A DNA stretch of 64,000 nt from Camelus dromedarius (taxonomy: Eukaryota). Below are positions 35,210 through 48,330 of this stretch, in pieces. The notes beneath the pieces are model-generated. The model was not told the origin of the DNA, made no database searches, and was given only the letters and a program-made list of their open reading frames with translations. The translations under genes and the position numbers were made by a program. Position 1 is the first letter of the stretch; each line of letters begins with the position of its first letter. The stretch spans positions 4,154,001-4,218,000 of the forward strand of contig NC_087469.1 in NCBI RefSeq assembly GCF_036321535.1. Reading direction: 5' to 3'.

Positions 35210-35550
35210 GACTGATAAATACAGGGAGGAGGGAAAATGCATTCTTGCTTGACTAATGATAGGGAAATATTTCTCTTTACTTCAGTACTATTAAAACTTA
35301 AGTTATTAGTATTAAAAATGTTGTTGGAATAGTTCTATTGTAATTATAGTATCTTGGCCTGGATTTCCTGCTAACGAGGATTCAATTTTTTATACTTCCA
35401 GATGACTTAAATGGGTAGGTTTGGGGCTGGGACCTGACCCCACTAAATTGGCTTAGCTTTTGGAAGTTTTTCCTGGCCTGTATTTTTGCACATTTCTTTC
35501 TCTTCCTATTTTAAGGTAGCCCTGATCCAGCTCTTCTAGGGACTCTGAAG

Positions 35551-35607
35551 ATGGGGACCCAAGTGGCTATGAGACTCTGTAACTCCCTGCTGCCAGCAGA
35601 GCCCTCT
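35551..35607 (+). CDS. DIXDC1: DIXDC1 alternative first coding exon (57 coding bp; exon probably starts at 35516)
   Basis: aagATGg; MGTQVAMRLCNSLLPAEPS; phase-0 donor TCT|gtaagt fits the phase-0 acceptor at 63146; resembles a recalled human isoform N-terminus (MGTQVVMRF...). Confidence 0.65.
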
Positions 35608-37189
35608 GTAAGTTTCTGGTGTACTATTGAGAGGCATATGATGACGGTAATGGAATTTCAGTACAATGCTACAGCTAGGGGATTTCTCCATCAGAACTCA
35701 GATCCTGGAACAAAACTGTAATATATTTGCTTTCTTTTCTAGCTTCCCCTTCTTGTGGAAATTCTAGCTCACTTGATTTGTATCTTTTTCCAAAATTAAT
35801 AAAATCAAGCAGAGTTTGAAAATTTCTAGCAATTAATTAGAGCATTTGGGTTGTTTAAAGTATTTTAATAATGTTTGCTATAGAAATAATGCACGTGAAT
35901 TATAGAGCATTTGGGAAATACTGCAAACCATGATTTAAAAAACCATAATCCTCCCATCTAGAAGCAATCCTGTTAATATTTTAGAATATTTTCTTCTAGT
36001 CTTTTTTTCAGTGTATATTATTTACATATTTGAGAGCATGTTATGCACACAATTTTTGACTTCTGCTTTTTTAAACGTAATGTTTGCTCATACGGAATTG
36101 TTAAAATGTTTGTTTTAATGTGAAAACAAATGTTTGGTAAACATTATAATGGCTGTGATTTTCTTGACCATTCCTCTGTCGTTGGACTTTTAGATACCAC
36201 CCCCCTACATTGTAAATAACTCATTGATTTCCTCATTTAAGACTTATTGCCTTAGGACAGAGTTCCAGAAGTAGAATGCTAGGTCAAAGGATGTGAACCT
36301 TTTAAGTAATAAGTTACCTTTTAAAAGAAGAATGGCCCTGTCAGATTTTGTATACGTCTTTCAGAAGGCAGAGGGACATCAGTTGGGAGATGGAAAAGTC
36401 TTGGTAGAAATATGGCTACATCTTGCAGTGAGACCCGGGGTCCTGCAGAAAGATTATTTCCCAATAGTATATAATTAGTTGTGCAGAGCCCTAACACATT
36501 ATGAATAGCGGGTGGGGGGGGACATGGTGGCATTTACAGTTTTGAGAAACTCAGGGTCATTTCCAAAATATCCACCAGGTGTCGCTAGTCTTAATTTAAT
36601 TTTTACCCACAGGATAGTTGGCAGATAACTTTTGAAATGTGAATTAAAAGAACTCATGTAGAATATATTTGCATATCTGCTTTGGTACAGTTTATATTAA
36701 GCACTAGCATCTGGTGATTACTTTGGCAACATCCTACTCTAGTCTGACACCATTCTGTCTCTTTTTTTCCTTTTTCTACACACTCAGTCTGTCACAATCA
36801 CCCTGAACAGTGTCCCCACATACTAATACTGGATTCTCAGTTTTACTAGTCTTTCTTTTACTATTCTTTTTTTTTGCGTACTGTTTCTTGCCTCTATATG
36901 AGTGTGTGTGTATGTATTTATTTACATGTAACTCTGAGTTCTTGAAGTTTTTGCTAAAAGAATAGGACCTGGCATATAATGATGTATATTAGGTGCTCAA
37001 TATATATTTAATTACAGTTTAATGAAAGACTGCATTGATGAAGGAGAGGAAAATATAGAAAGAAAACAGAAATTATTTATATTTGTCTTGGAAATACAGT
37101 AAAAGAGACAAAAATCCACATTCCTAAATTAACTATAATGAAGTGCTAAATGACATAGTATATAGAGCATGCTATAAACTTTGAATTTT

Positions 37190-37320
37190 TTTTTGTTTTT
37201 GTTTTTTGGGGGGGAATTAGGTTTCTTTATGTATTTTTAAATTAATTTTTTATTTTATTTTATTTTTTAGTGGAGGTGCATGCTAAACACGCACTCTACC
37301 ACTGAGCTATACCCTTCCCC
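37190..37320 (-). mobile_element. Vic-1-type SINE with an internal deletion
   Basis: Reverse complement reads ggggaagggtatagctcagtggtagagtgcgtgtttagcatgcacctccac plus A-rich tail; B-box segment missing. Confidence 0.7.
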
Positions 37321-39379
37321 TCACCTTTGAATTTTAAAGAGAAGATTCATTCATCCGGCTAATATTTATTGTGTATCAACTATATGCCATGAAATAGTCT
37401 TGGTTCTGGAAATAAATCAGCAACAAAACACAAAATTTCCTGCCCCCTTGGAGCTTCATTTTGGGCAGAAGAGAGACTGACAATAAAGAAATAAAAAAGT
37501 AAATATGCTGATGACTGTTAGGACGAAAAAGAAAAATAAATCAGGCAAAGAGGATTGGAAGTGCTGAGGTGAGGAGGTGTTGTCATTTTGAACAGAGTAG
37601 CAGAGAAGGCCAAACAGAGAAACATTTGAGCAGAGACCTGAAAGACGAGCAGGAATGCACCATGGGTTATCTGGGAGGTGAGTGTTCCAGACTGATTGTG
37701 ATCGGCTGTGTCTTGATTTTAACAAAATCAGGAGTGGTCAGAACTTGAGCTAGGCATAGTGAAGGTTTGAGTAGAGGAAGCATGGGACATTCTAGGCAGA
37801 GGGACAGTCATGAATGTACGGAGGTGAGAATGAGCCTTTAAGTCTGTGAGACAGTGAGGAAATTGCAAACTGAGCATAGGCAGTGAGGGCGGGAGCCCTG
37901 AAAGCTGGACACAAGGAATGTATATCTGACATGCTAGGAAAAGGGAGCATTTGAAGACATTTGAGCAGCAAGATGAGTGTGTTGTCTAAGGAATATGAAG
38001 GGGTACAGACTGGCAGAAAAACCTGGAGACAAAGAGAGCTGTTTAGAAGCCAGGACACTTTGGGTACCTCTGACTGTAGACATGAGCCCTTTTGTGTGTA
38101 TGTATTTATGTTGACTACTCTGAAGATAAATGCAACAGAAATTGTAAACATATGTTCCTACCAAGGAACTTGCAAACGTAAAAAAAAAAAAAAAAACAGA
38201 AAAAGACTAAGAAATTATTTCAGAGAGTCATTTAAAATACTTCCATTGACAATTTTAATTATTTGTTTATTCCAACTGCCTTTCTGCTTCTTGATAGTCA
38301 TTAATGATTGCCCGTAATAGATGTGTCAAATTTTACATAGGTATGAATTTCACACTTCTCTGCAGGGAGAAGTCACAGTCAATATTTTCACCAAATGACA
38401 GTTTTGTTGAAGGTTCAAAGTCTCACTTAGGCTAACATGTTATCATCTGTATTAAAAGAAGTGATGAATGACTTTGCCAATGTTTCCGCCACTGGCTCAT
38501 TCATTCATTCAACTAAAAACATATACTGAGTTCCTTCTATGCCGTAAACATCATATAAAAGAATTGCATAATGGTTAATAACCTGGACTTCGGCTTCACC
38601 ACTTAGTAACTACGGAGTTGGGGCAAATTATCCTTCAAAATTCTCCTTCAGCATATGTAAAGTGGGGATAATTTTTAAAAAACCTACTGATTATGGTAAT
38701 TGTGGCCATCAAATGAGCTCAGGTATATAAATGCTTAGTACAGGGCTTGGTACATAGTAAAAGCACAATTTTGCTATTGTTACTGTTGTACATAGATAGT
38801 TGGGTAGCTTTTAGTTGGTGAGGGAAGTATCTGCCTTTGTTGTTAAAGTAATGCAGAAATGAGGAAGCCTATAATTTCGGAAATCAGGCAGCATGGCAGA
38901 GATATGCAGACAGCAGCTTGCTTGGACTCTCTGCCTCTCCTCCAGGCGGAGTGAATAACAGACCTGCAGCGGTGGGACTGGTTCCAGCTACCCAGACCGG
39001 CTTGCAGCTTTCCCATGTTCGGGAGAGCGGATCACTGTCCCTGTTTCAGTTAGCTAACCCACTTACTCCCCCAGCTGCTGTGCTGGCATCACAGTAGCGG
39101 GTACCACAGTAGGGAGGATGGAAGGCACAGTAAATGTTAGTGCTGCTTTGAACTAAAGCCCAATTCTTTACCTGGATTCCTTTCTAAGTCAGACCATGAT
39201 AAGTATGGTGAACGTATTTTTTGAGTAAAAAAGAAAAAAAAAATTGGAATTATCTGGTCCAACAAGAATTTTGTGCTTTTTTCCAAGTGTAAGAGGCAGA
39301 CTATACGTGAACATATTATGATTTTTGGGACATTCCGGTAGTTGTGTGGGGACAATGGAACAGAATATTTTGAAATTGT

Positions 39380-39556
39380 ACTATCTAAATTTAAATGAAT
39401 TAATATTAAATGCAATTTAAATTTTAGTTCCGTACTTGCATTTGCCACATTTTAAGTTCTCATTAGCCACGTGTGGTCAGTGGCCGATGGATTGGACGGC
39501 ATAGATATGGAGTATTTCTATCAGTACAGAAAATTCTATTGGACACTATTGCTGTA
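39380..39556. mobile_element. MER3/MER33-like hAT MITE
   Basis: ttagccacgtgtggtcagtggcc...ttggacggcatagatatggagtatttctatcagtacagaaaattctattggacac resembles recalled MER3. Confidence 0.65.
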
Positions 39557-40974
39557 GGATATGTGGTAGGTACTATTATAGACTTCCAAAGAATAGTATA
39601 TTCTTGGACCATATGCCCTGTAATGAATCTTGTGTCTATTTAACATGATTCTGTCTAATTCCTCCAGCACAGGGCAAACAGCACAGGACTGGGCCTCAGA
39701 GGCCTTTGGTTCAGCTCTTAGCTCTTATATTGACTTAAGTGACTTTGAGCACCTCTGCTAGCCTTAGTTCCTTCATCTATGAGATGAGAGAGTTGGGCCA
39801 GATGAGATCTTTTTTTGGAGCATTAAAATTCAGTGATTTAATGAGTCTTTTCTTAGGAACACTGAGCTCACAGGTCCTACTTGGACAAATAACTTGTTTG
39901 AGAAACAGTGACCTCTTTGTGTAGATAACTGTCAGCACGACCTCCCTCTGATGTCTCAATATTTTCTGTTAAGTGCAAAGCATGATGGGCTGTCAACCAA
40001 TCAAAATCCTCTATCCACGGACCGCCAACTGCGTGCTCTGGTTTTACAGCACTATGAATGTAGACGTGTTGCATGCAATTTTATGCTCTTGGAAGTTTCA
40101 CACTTCTCTTTGCAAAGGGCCTTGTTGTGTTAACATGGGCTAGTGACTCATCTGAGTGTATCGCACCATCAGCTGTGGTGGTGGAGAGGGGAGTTCTTGG
40201 CAACTGAATTCCCCAGGTAAACGGTGAAGGATGTTGGTCTCCCAACTCGTGGGCTGCTCAGCTTCAGTTTGATTTGGCGCCGTGGCTTTTCCCCAGCTCT
40301 AACCCTCAGCACTCAGCCCCTGGCAGCCGCTTAACACCTCAGCTGACTGCTGCTCCCTGCTTGCTGTGGTCAGAGGGAGGTGTGTCTCTTCTCAGAAGCA
40401 TCTTTCAGTTTGGCGGCTTTAGACATTCAAGCACGATGTGGCTAGTTCTGGCCATCCTGGGTAAGCATTTTCTTCTTCCCTAGTGACCTGTGGAGGAGGT
40501 CATTTGGCTGAATAAGGACCATTACTGACTTTTCATGCTAAGATTCTAATCTGGGAGAGGGAGTGAATCTGGGCCTTTTGCAAAATCATGAGTGTAGAGT
40601 CCTACACTCAGACAGCCTCTGTCACTGACCAGCTGTGTCCTTGGGCAAGGCCTGACCTTCTCTGAGCCCTAACACTCGTAAACCCCTCCCCCCACCTGAG
40701 ATCACGAGGTGTAACACGATATGGGTGTTCTTTCAGCTTCCAGTTTTCCTATAGAAACAAGAGAGTACAGATGACTCCTATTTTTAAAAACAAATAATCA
40801 AGACCGTGACTGGAATAACTAGAAACAGAGGGGAATAGCTCTGTTTCACTTGAGGAAGCTTTTACCCAATTCTTCCAAATGCACCAGGACATTCTGCAGT
40901 TATTTTCATTAAAACCCATTTAATTAATTTAAAAGTCATTTAAAATTTAGGCTGCACATTTTAGCAGTTATTTT

Positions 40975-41064
40975 GAAAGAAAGAAGGAAAGAAAGAAAGA
41001 AAGAGAAAGAAAGAAAGAAAAAAGAAAAAGAAAGAAAGAAAAAGAAAGAAAGAAAGAAAGAAAG
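40975..41064. repeat. (GAAA)n polypurine microsatellite upstream of the main DIXDC1 promoter
   Basis: Direct reading, about 90 bp. Confidence 0.95.
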
Positions 41065-41352
41065 TTTTTTGGTAAAGCCTTGTTCATCCTCGGTTTACCC
41101 TTGATGTGTTGTGATCCTGTATGATTGGTTTAGCTTGATTTTATTAAATGTGCCCTAATACCATCAATAACTAAAGTCCCCTCTATCCTCTTTTTGTGTC
41201 TCTCCTTTCCATATATCCTTCTTTAGCCTAACCTCACAGTCCAGGCCCCAGGGGGAAAAATGTTGCTGGGAGCGAAAAATAAAACCCCATGATTCACTCC
41301 CCTTCCCGCCCACCTTGTGGTGGGGCACTGGAGGCCTCAGGTCATCAGAGCT

Positions 41353-41662
41353 TGTGTTTGTGTGTGTGTGTGTGTGTGCGCGCGCGCAGCGCGGGCTCAT
41401 GCCGGGCAGGCCTGGTGTGTGCATGTGTGGTTGCCAGCGCATATGCACACGCCGGCATGCCCGCCTGTGTGTCAGTGTGTGTGGTGTGTATCAATGTGTG
41501 TGCGTGCGCGCGCGCGTTCGTGTGCATGATCGGGGCCGCGCACACACCGGCACGCCCTCCTGCAAGGCTGCGGGTGTGTGTGTGTGTGTATCTGCAGCAC
41601 ACGTACACACGCCCGCGCTCCGGCCCGGTGTGTGCGCGTGTGCGTGTGCGTGTCTGTGCGCG
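41353..41662. repeat. Interrupted (TG)n/(CG)n alternating purine-pyrimidine array
   Basis: At least four TG/CG tracts within about 310 bp. Confidence 0.92.
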
Positions 41663-41967
41663 CCGCGGGGCTCTCCCTGACGCACGCGGGACTAGGGGCC
41701 CCCCGCCAGCGCCCCCCAGCCCGGTGCGCGCCCAGCAGTTTCTATAGGAACCGCGGCGGCGCCCGGGCCCCTCCTGCAGAGGCCGCGGCGCGAGCATGCC
41801 CAGTGCAAGCAGCTAGTTTGGCCCGGGTCTGGGTTTCCAGTAAGTGGCATGCGGGACGCCGGAGCCCTCCCGATGAGCTGAGCCGGGAGTCTTTGTGCGC
41901 ACAGGGAGGAGGCGGCGGCGGCGGCCGCCGGGCCCGGAGACCTCGTCCTGGGGGCCCGGCAGGAACA

Positions 41968-42027
41968 ATGCTAGCCTGCCTGACCCGGGGGAACTTACTG
42001 GACGTCCTGCAGGAGGGCTTCAATGAG
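41968..42027 (+). CDS. DIXDC1: DIXDC1 main first coding exon (60 bp)
   Basis: acaATGc; MLACLTRGNLLDVLQEGFNE; phase-0 donor GAG|gtaact. Confidence 0.93.
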
Positions 42028-43934
42028 GTAACTGGTCTGCCCCTCCCACTCCCCAGCTCTCCTCCCCTAGCGCTTTCCTGCCTAATCTCTAGAAGGGGTC
42101 CTCCTCCGCCCCCATCCTCACGCGGACCATGGGGACCCCAGAACAGTCCCCCCGCAGAGCCTTAAGGAGGCTAAGGTGGTGGGTACGGTACAGACGAGCC
42201 TGGTGAACCCGCAGGGATCAGAAGGGCCGACTGCTTCCAGCTAAGCTGGGCGATGACGTTCCCTGGTAGCTTGCCTGAGCCCAGAAGACAGGACCACACA
42301 TTCAGAGGTCATCTCCTTCCAAAAGAGGTGGTCCCTACCCTCCCCAAGGTTTGCCCCAAAGGAAATCCCCAGGGAAGCCCTGAATACATGGCAGAGGTGC
42401 TCATTCTATTTCCGGAGCCAAGTGGGTGAGCCTGGGGAAGGGTGGGGTGGTGTTGCATTGGTAGAAAGTTTGCTAGGGGTGGGGTGCGGGTGCAGCAAAA
42501 GTAGGTGCCCACAGGAAGTGCCCTCCTCCTGTTCGCATCTCTTTCTAAATCCATGGTAGTACGTTTCTCCACAACCACGGGCATCGTTGGTAGAGAGGAC
42601 CTTAGAGGAGAGAGAGGTTTCTGGGCCTAATTCAGGGGAACCAGTGTTTGCTCCTTTCAGTGTGAGACTGGGAAACTGGGGCCTCCATCTGACAGTATGG
42701 CTTAGGGCTGGCTGGGGGTCTTTTTCTCTTCACTTGTTTTCGCTCAGAATTTTGTTGTTCATTCCATTTTCTTCTCTTGTGACTCAGGAAATTCTGGTTT
42801 AGGACCTTTTCCCCTTGCGATTTGCTCCATATGTCTCCCACTGCTCCTGAAGCCCACCTCTTGGGGTGCCTTACCCAGCATCCAGGGGGACCCCTACAAG
42901 AAGAGCTAGATTTTAGTTTGTGTCTTTCTTCCTTTCTCTCTCCTTTTCTTGCCACCTCTCCGGAGCTCTCTTCCCTTTGCATCTCTCTAAAGTTTAAGGT
43001 TTTTGTTTTGTTTTGTTTTGTTTTTTTAAGCCCGTTTTTAGTTAAACAGTTAACATATGACTACATTCTCTTCTTAAATAAGAACATTACAGGCTGATTG
43101 CCTTGACCACCCATGCAGTCCTGGCCTTCTCCCTAGAGGTAACCATCCTCATGAATTTGTGTCTGAGGTTTTCTTTCTACATCTGCACTACAGGCTCTTT
43201 CCTTCATTCCTGTTTTTAATTAAGAAGCTCTGCAGCCTGACCTGCCTCAGAATCCCCAGTCTTGGCCCCTGCGCCCCAGCCTTGATCCACACACACAGAG
43301 GAAAACTGCACAAATGCTGTCCCAGCCTAACGAACGGAGTCAGAGTCTTCCTTTGGCTGCAGGGATGGGGGTCACAGCCTTCACCGAAGGGCCGAGCTCC
43401 CATCCCGTCTGCACTGCAGGGCTCCTCATCTGTGCATCATTCCCCTTTGAATACATGTAGGGGGATTGTTAACAAAGAGCCACAGTCTGAGAGTTGAAAC
43501 ACAGATGAGCCAGGAAGCCACCTCTTTGGGTGCTTCCAGTATTCCTGGCCCCTCTTTTCTCACTCTCTGCCTTTGGGCCTCCCCTGATCTCAAGCATCAT
43601 TCATCTGACTCATCCATCAGTTGTGATAGACTCTCCTTAGGTCTTCTCATAGCCTCCCCTTTTTCTAAGTCAGGCCCCAGGTATCAGGTTCCACTGTCTT
43701 ATTAAGAGGAGGAAACCAGCACAGAGTCACTCCTAGTCTTTGCCTTCTGTTTATTTTGCCTCCAAACCTTTTAGCTAAAAGCCAAGTAAACCAAGAGGCT
43801 TGATTCTTTTTCATCCTTTGCTGCTTTCATAAATGTCCCCTGACATCCAATTCTTATAAGAAAAATAAGGGAAAAGGAGAGTGGGAGAGTTTTCTTTTTG
43901 CGGTGGTAATAGAGTCTTCATAAAAATGACACAC

Positions 43935-44104
43935 AACTTTATTCTGTATAGCACAGGGAACTATATTTGATATCTTATAGTAACCTATAATGAAAAAGAA
44001 TATAAAGATGAATATATATATGTATCTGTATGACTGAAACTTTATGCTGTACACCAGAAATTGACACAACATTGTAAACTGACTATATGTCAATTAAAAA
44101 AAAA
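43935..44104 (+). mobile_element. Short L1 3' end with A tail
   Basis: gtatagcacagggaactatatttgatatc...tgtacaccagaaattgacacaacattgtaaactgactata...aaaaaaaa. Confidence 0.85.
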
Positions 44105-47100
44105 ACTTCATAATTAATTCGTCTTTAGAATAGTGCAGTAATGCCTCTTCACCCTCTCTGACATTTGATTTTTCCATCCGTCTTGTAAACATCCCTCCAC
44201 AGGCTAATGTCTATTCCATTCCCTTCTATTGGCAGATTTGAACTCTGATCACAAGTACTTTGATTTCTCTAAGAAATTAATGTCATCTAAACAATACAAA
44301 TAGTAATATGTTTAATCTCAGGAGTCCCTTACAATTGAGACAGTTCTTTCACATACATCATAAATTACACTAAAGAATTCTTTGCACATCCAATATTGCA
44401 CCTGGTATACTGAAAAATGGTACAGTTGGTCATTTCAGCGTTGATGGACCCCGGTTTGACCTATTCCAGCCTCTGGGGTTGCTTAACAGATCCAGTCATG
44501 TTCAATCTGCTTTGTTAGAATCACATAATAAGGATATAAATAGGGACTTAAAAACTAATGTCAGAATACACTTCAGTTCCTCTGAGAAACTTTTCCTCCT
44601 GGGGCTAGGAATACCACACATGGAGCCAGTCATCTCCTGGGTCTGAGCCAAGCACCTCTGAAGCTGTTCTTTATCACCCAGATGCTTTCCAGGTCTGTGT
44701 GGTTAGGGCTGTGACCTCATTCTCTGTGGCAGAGAAAACTGTCACGGGAAGTGAAGCGGTGGCCCTAATTGGTTAATTATAAGGGAACCCTGCAGCAGAG
44801 AAACCCTGTCCTCTGAATCAAGGCTTCCCTCTACCTGCTGTTGTCGGCCTCTGTTCTCAGTCTACTTGCCGTCTTTCATGACTATGCACGACGGAATTTT
44901 CTTCCACCACATTCCTTGAATAAAGCCCTGGCTGCCACACACCTGACAGGTTACTCACAGAACTGATCTACATTAGTGCTGTCAGTGCAAACCCTCTTAC
45001 ACTGACGTGGTGAATCTGCATTGTGACTCACGCACAAGTTTTGGCCGCCGCCACATTCTGTAGCGCACCCTGGCTGTTACCCCCTGTGTCCTGTGCTCTG
45101 GGCCCGGCCAGGCTTTCTGTCAGTCACAATTTCTTCATTCTGCATCTGTCTCACAGATGTGTACTTGTTTTCTCTGCCCCTTGGGATTGATGTTTTCAGG
45201 TGAATGTGGTCTTTGATCACTGTGCCAACATGAATTTCTGCAAGTGTCTTTCTGGGGAGGGGGGTGCTGAACTTTCTTTAAAAAAAGACTTTGATGCTTA
45301 TGATGAAAGGTTTTGACAGACCTGAGACTATAATACGGTTTGACCAATAAGCATTCATTCATTTAATTATCTAGTTTATCTGTTGGGAGAGGGGATGGGT
45401 AAATAATTGGAAAATCACCTGGTTCCTACTTCCAAGGAATTTGTAGGGAGGGATTTACAGGTGTACTAAAAAAAAACCATGATAGAATGCTTAATGTGGG
45501 AAGTGTCATAGAAGAGGTAATGTTTGTGGCAGATCATAGAGAGATCTTCTACTTAATGATATCACGAAAAGCACCAAATATTTACCAGCCTACGTACTCA
45601 CCGAGGCCAGACTTTTTTTCCGCTGGTTTGGTAAACATGCATACAAGCACTCATTCGACAGACATTCACTGAATTACCGTGTTTACCAGGCACGGTGCCA
45701 GGCCCTGGAAATAGATGTCAAATAACATAGAGTCTGTGCCCAAGTGGAGCTCACAGGCCAATGAAGGTGGAGTAAATGGGCAGAGTGGTAACTTGGGAAA
45801 ATTGTGATGATGTAGAAATCTTGCTGTCGGCCAGAGCCAGCCTGCACCTGGCTGTCGTGTGAATGGCCTGAAGGGCTGAAAATTGTGGGAATGATTTATT
45901 AAAATGCTGGTCGAAGGGAAATCAGTTGTCTGAGCCTTAACCTTTTAAACAGATGACTTGGAAGACTTTCCCTACCAGTTTCCCTCCAAGTAGAAAAGTA
46001 GAAATTTCAAATCCCACACTGAGAGTCAACCGCTTGGCAGGCCCTGAGAAATACAGGAAGAGCCTTTGTCTGGTGTCATCCCCATCAGGGGGACATAGAC
46101 TGAATGAGGCAGGGGACTGGCAGGTGGAGCAGCTGCAGGGAACATCTCTAAGTGCCTCGTGCCTTCCATGGAAGAGGATTTGCAACATGGGCCAGCCGGA
46201 GGCTCTCAGTCATTTCCACAATGATTTCCTCTGTGTTTTGCTATAGAAATTAAAGGCCTGTTAAGTCTTCAATGTAACAAAGCGCCACACTCCCCAACCT
46301 TCTTTTTCCTGTCCTGGCTGATTTCTGCTCTCCTCCCCCCGGGCTCCTTGGCTTTGTTCCCACAGGCGTCAATGCCAGCTGAGCAGATGCTCCCTGGCAG
46401 CAAGCTGTCGGGCAGTTTTATGTTCCTCGTGGTGAGTGATGGCCTGGCCAGGCATGTGGGACAGTAATGGGGCACCGTTTGCCAGGTGCCACTCCCCCGG
46501 CAGTTCGGAGAGTCTGGGGAGCCCTGGAAGGGCTTCAGCAGCCATGACTGGCCTTGTCGTCCTGGCTGTGAGAACCAAAGACTCAAACGAACAATTTCCT
46601 GCATCTATTTCCTTATCTGTTACCTCCAGACCAGGCCCCATTTGAGTGGTCATAGGCATAGCCTTCGGTGGTCAGGTGGGAGGTAGGGAACCAACCCCAA
46701 AGGCCCTAATGGTGGGCTCCATGCCCTATTTCTGGGATAAAGGACACTCATAGACCATACAGTGATACCTCATTTATTCATTCATTCAGTGCATCTATTG
46801 AGCACTTACTTTGTGACATGTACTTGTTAAGGAACAGAGTGCTTACGGAACTCACAACTAGTGGAAATTTTAGAATAAGGTTATAGGATGGTATCTTTCA
46901 GAAAGGTTTTAGTTCTTCACTTCCTGATATATTATCCTTTGACCACTGGGCTGAACACAAGGAGTCTGTCCACCTAGCGAAGAAGACATTTAATGATACT
47001 TTTACTTATTGAACTTAATTTTTACCTAATTACCCACCAGGTTCAACAAATAGCTTTTCCTAGTTCAGTAAAGGCTTGGAAGAGTTAATAGAAAAGAAAT

Positions 47101-48004
47101 ATAATATTGCATTCTTTTTCTGGCAGAATGTAGGCCAATAATAACCCAAGGTTTCCAAACCTCCTGCCTTCCTTTCAGTTTCTCAGCAGCATCTCCACCC
47201 CCATCTCACCTTCTGCAGCTGGAGGGTCTCAGAGTTCTCAACAGGTGTGCGGTTTCACTGTAAACCTGATTTCCTTCCTGAGCCGTTCTGGTCACCTCCT
47301 GAACTCTAGCGCACCACCAGAGCCCGCTGCTCTTCTTGTTTGCCTTTCTTGCTCCCCAGCAGGGAGCCAGAGAACCAACTTCTTGGATGTCTCACCCTGG
47401 GAACACTGGGTCTCCCAGTCTTCCCTGGTGAGGCCCAATCAAGTGCTTTTGCAACTCTGAGTTAAGTTGCCTGCAGGAATTTTCTTTGATCTAGAAACTT
47501 GGAGGAGGTAGAGAGCAGAGGCTGGGTTTACAAACTTATTTGGAGGGAACTGGAGATCCCAAAGAGAAACAGAAAGAAGTTTACATTTGGTGGCAAGAAA
47601 GCTTTCAAGGTCAAGGTTTCTTGCACAAATGAATGTGGACAGAGTTGCTTATTCTGAAAGAGTTTCAACTTGTATTATTGTACGGTTATTTGGAGTGACC
47701 TGGGGGAAGCTGATGGAGCTTGGAGCCTCCAGCCACTCCTTGGTGTTCCCGCTGCTCACAACCTGAGAGCGGTCCAGTCTCGTCAAGCCAAAATCCTGCT
47801 GACCCAGCTTTGACTGTTGCTGCATCTACTTTTTCTTCTGACGTCTGACTCAGGGTTGTCGTGAAAAACTCTCAGGCTATTTAGACCTCTGGATTACACA
47901 GGCATCCTTCCAGCTTCCCCAGAACAAGCTAGAGAGATTGATTCTGGACTGAGAAGAGCTCTGTGCTGTCACTGACGCTGTCTGTTTGATTGCCGTGTTT
48001 TCTA

Positions 48005-48330
48005 TGTTAGTTTGGTTGTAAGTGCCAAGAACCCGTCTTGAACTAGCAGAGATAGAAAGTGGAATTTACTGACTCATGGAATCCAAGGAAAGGCTGAAAA
48101 ACTAAACCACGGAAAAGAGCAAGGATGGGGCAGAGACCCAGAAACAGTGAAAATCAAGAACTCAAATGCTGGTAGGATCTCTCCCTCTGCTCTCTGCCTC
48201 TTATCTCTGGTTGTTTCTGTAGGTGGCTTTATTCCATCTCACTACAAATGGCTTTTCTCTCTCAGGTGGGCAACATGGCTTATGACAACATCTAACTTTT
48301 ATATCTTACAACTTTGCCAGGGAGAGACTA
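48005..48330. mobile_element. MaLR (MLT1-like) LTR remnant
   Basis: ggttgtaagtgccaagaacccgtcttgaactagc...ggaatttactgactcatg resembles recalled MLT1 ends; weak. Confidence 0.45.

Larger units (their letters stand above)
41280..42260 (+). promoter_or_regulatory. CpG island and main promoter of DIXDC1
   Basis: GC/CpG-rich block containing coding exon 1. Confidence 0.85.

Noticed and set aside
40746-41750. 13-bp inverted match (ttcctatagaaac / gtttctataggaa) about 1 kb apart, faintly like an FRT arm
   Set aside because: One such match is plausible by chance in 64 kb; no spacer or second arm of a recombinase site.
41289-41967. Several 100-195 aa ORFs at the DIXDC1 promoter
   Set aside because: Translations of TG/CG dinucleotide repeats; the supported start is the ATG at 41968.
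44590-45100. Possible ERVL-type LTR (TATA-like ttataag and AATAAA at plausible spacing)
   Set aside because: No clear termini or recognisable consensus by eye; needs RepeatMasker.
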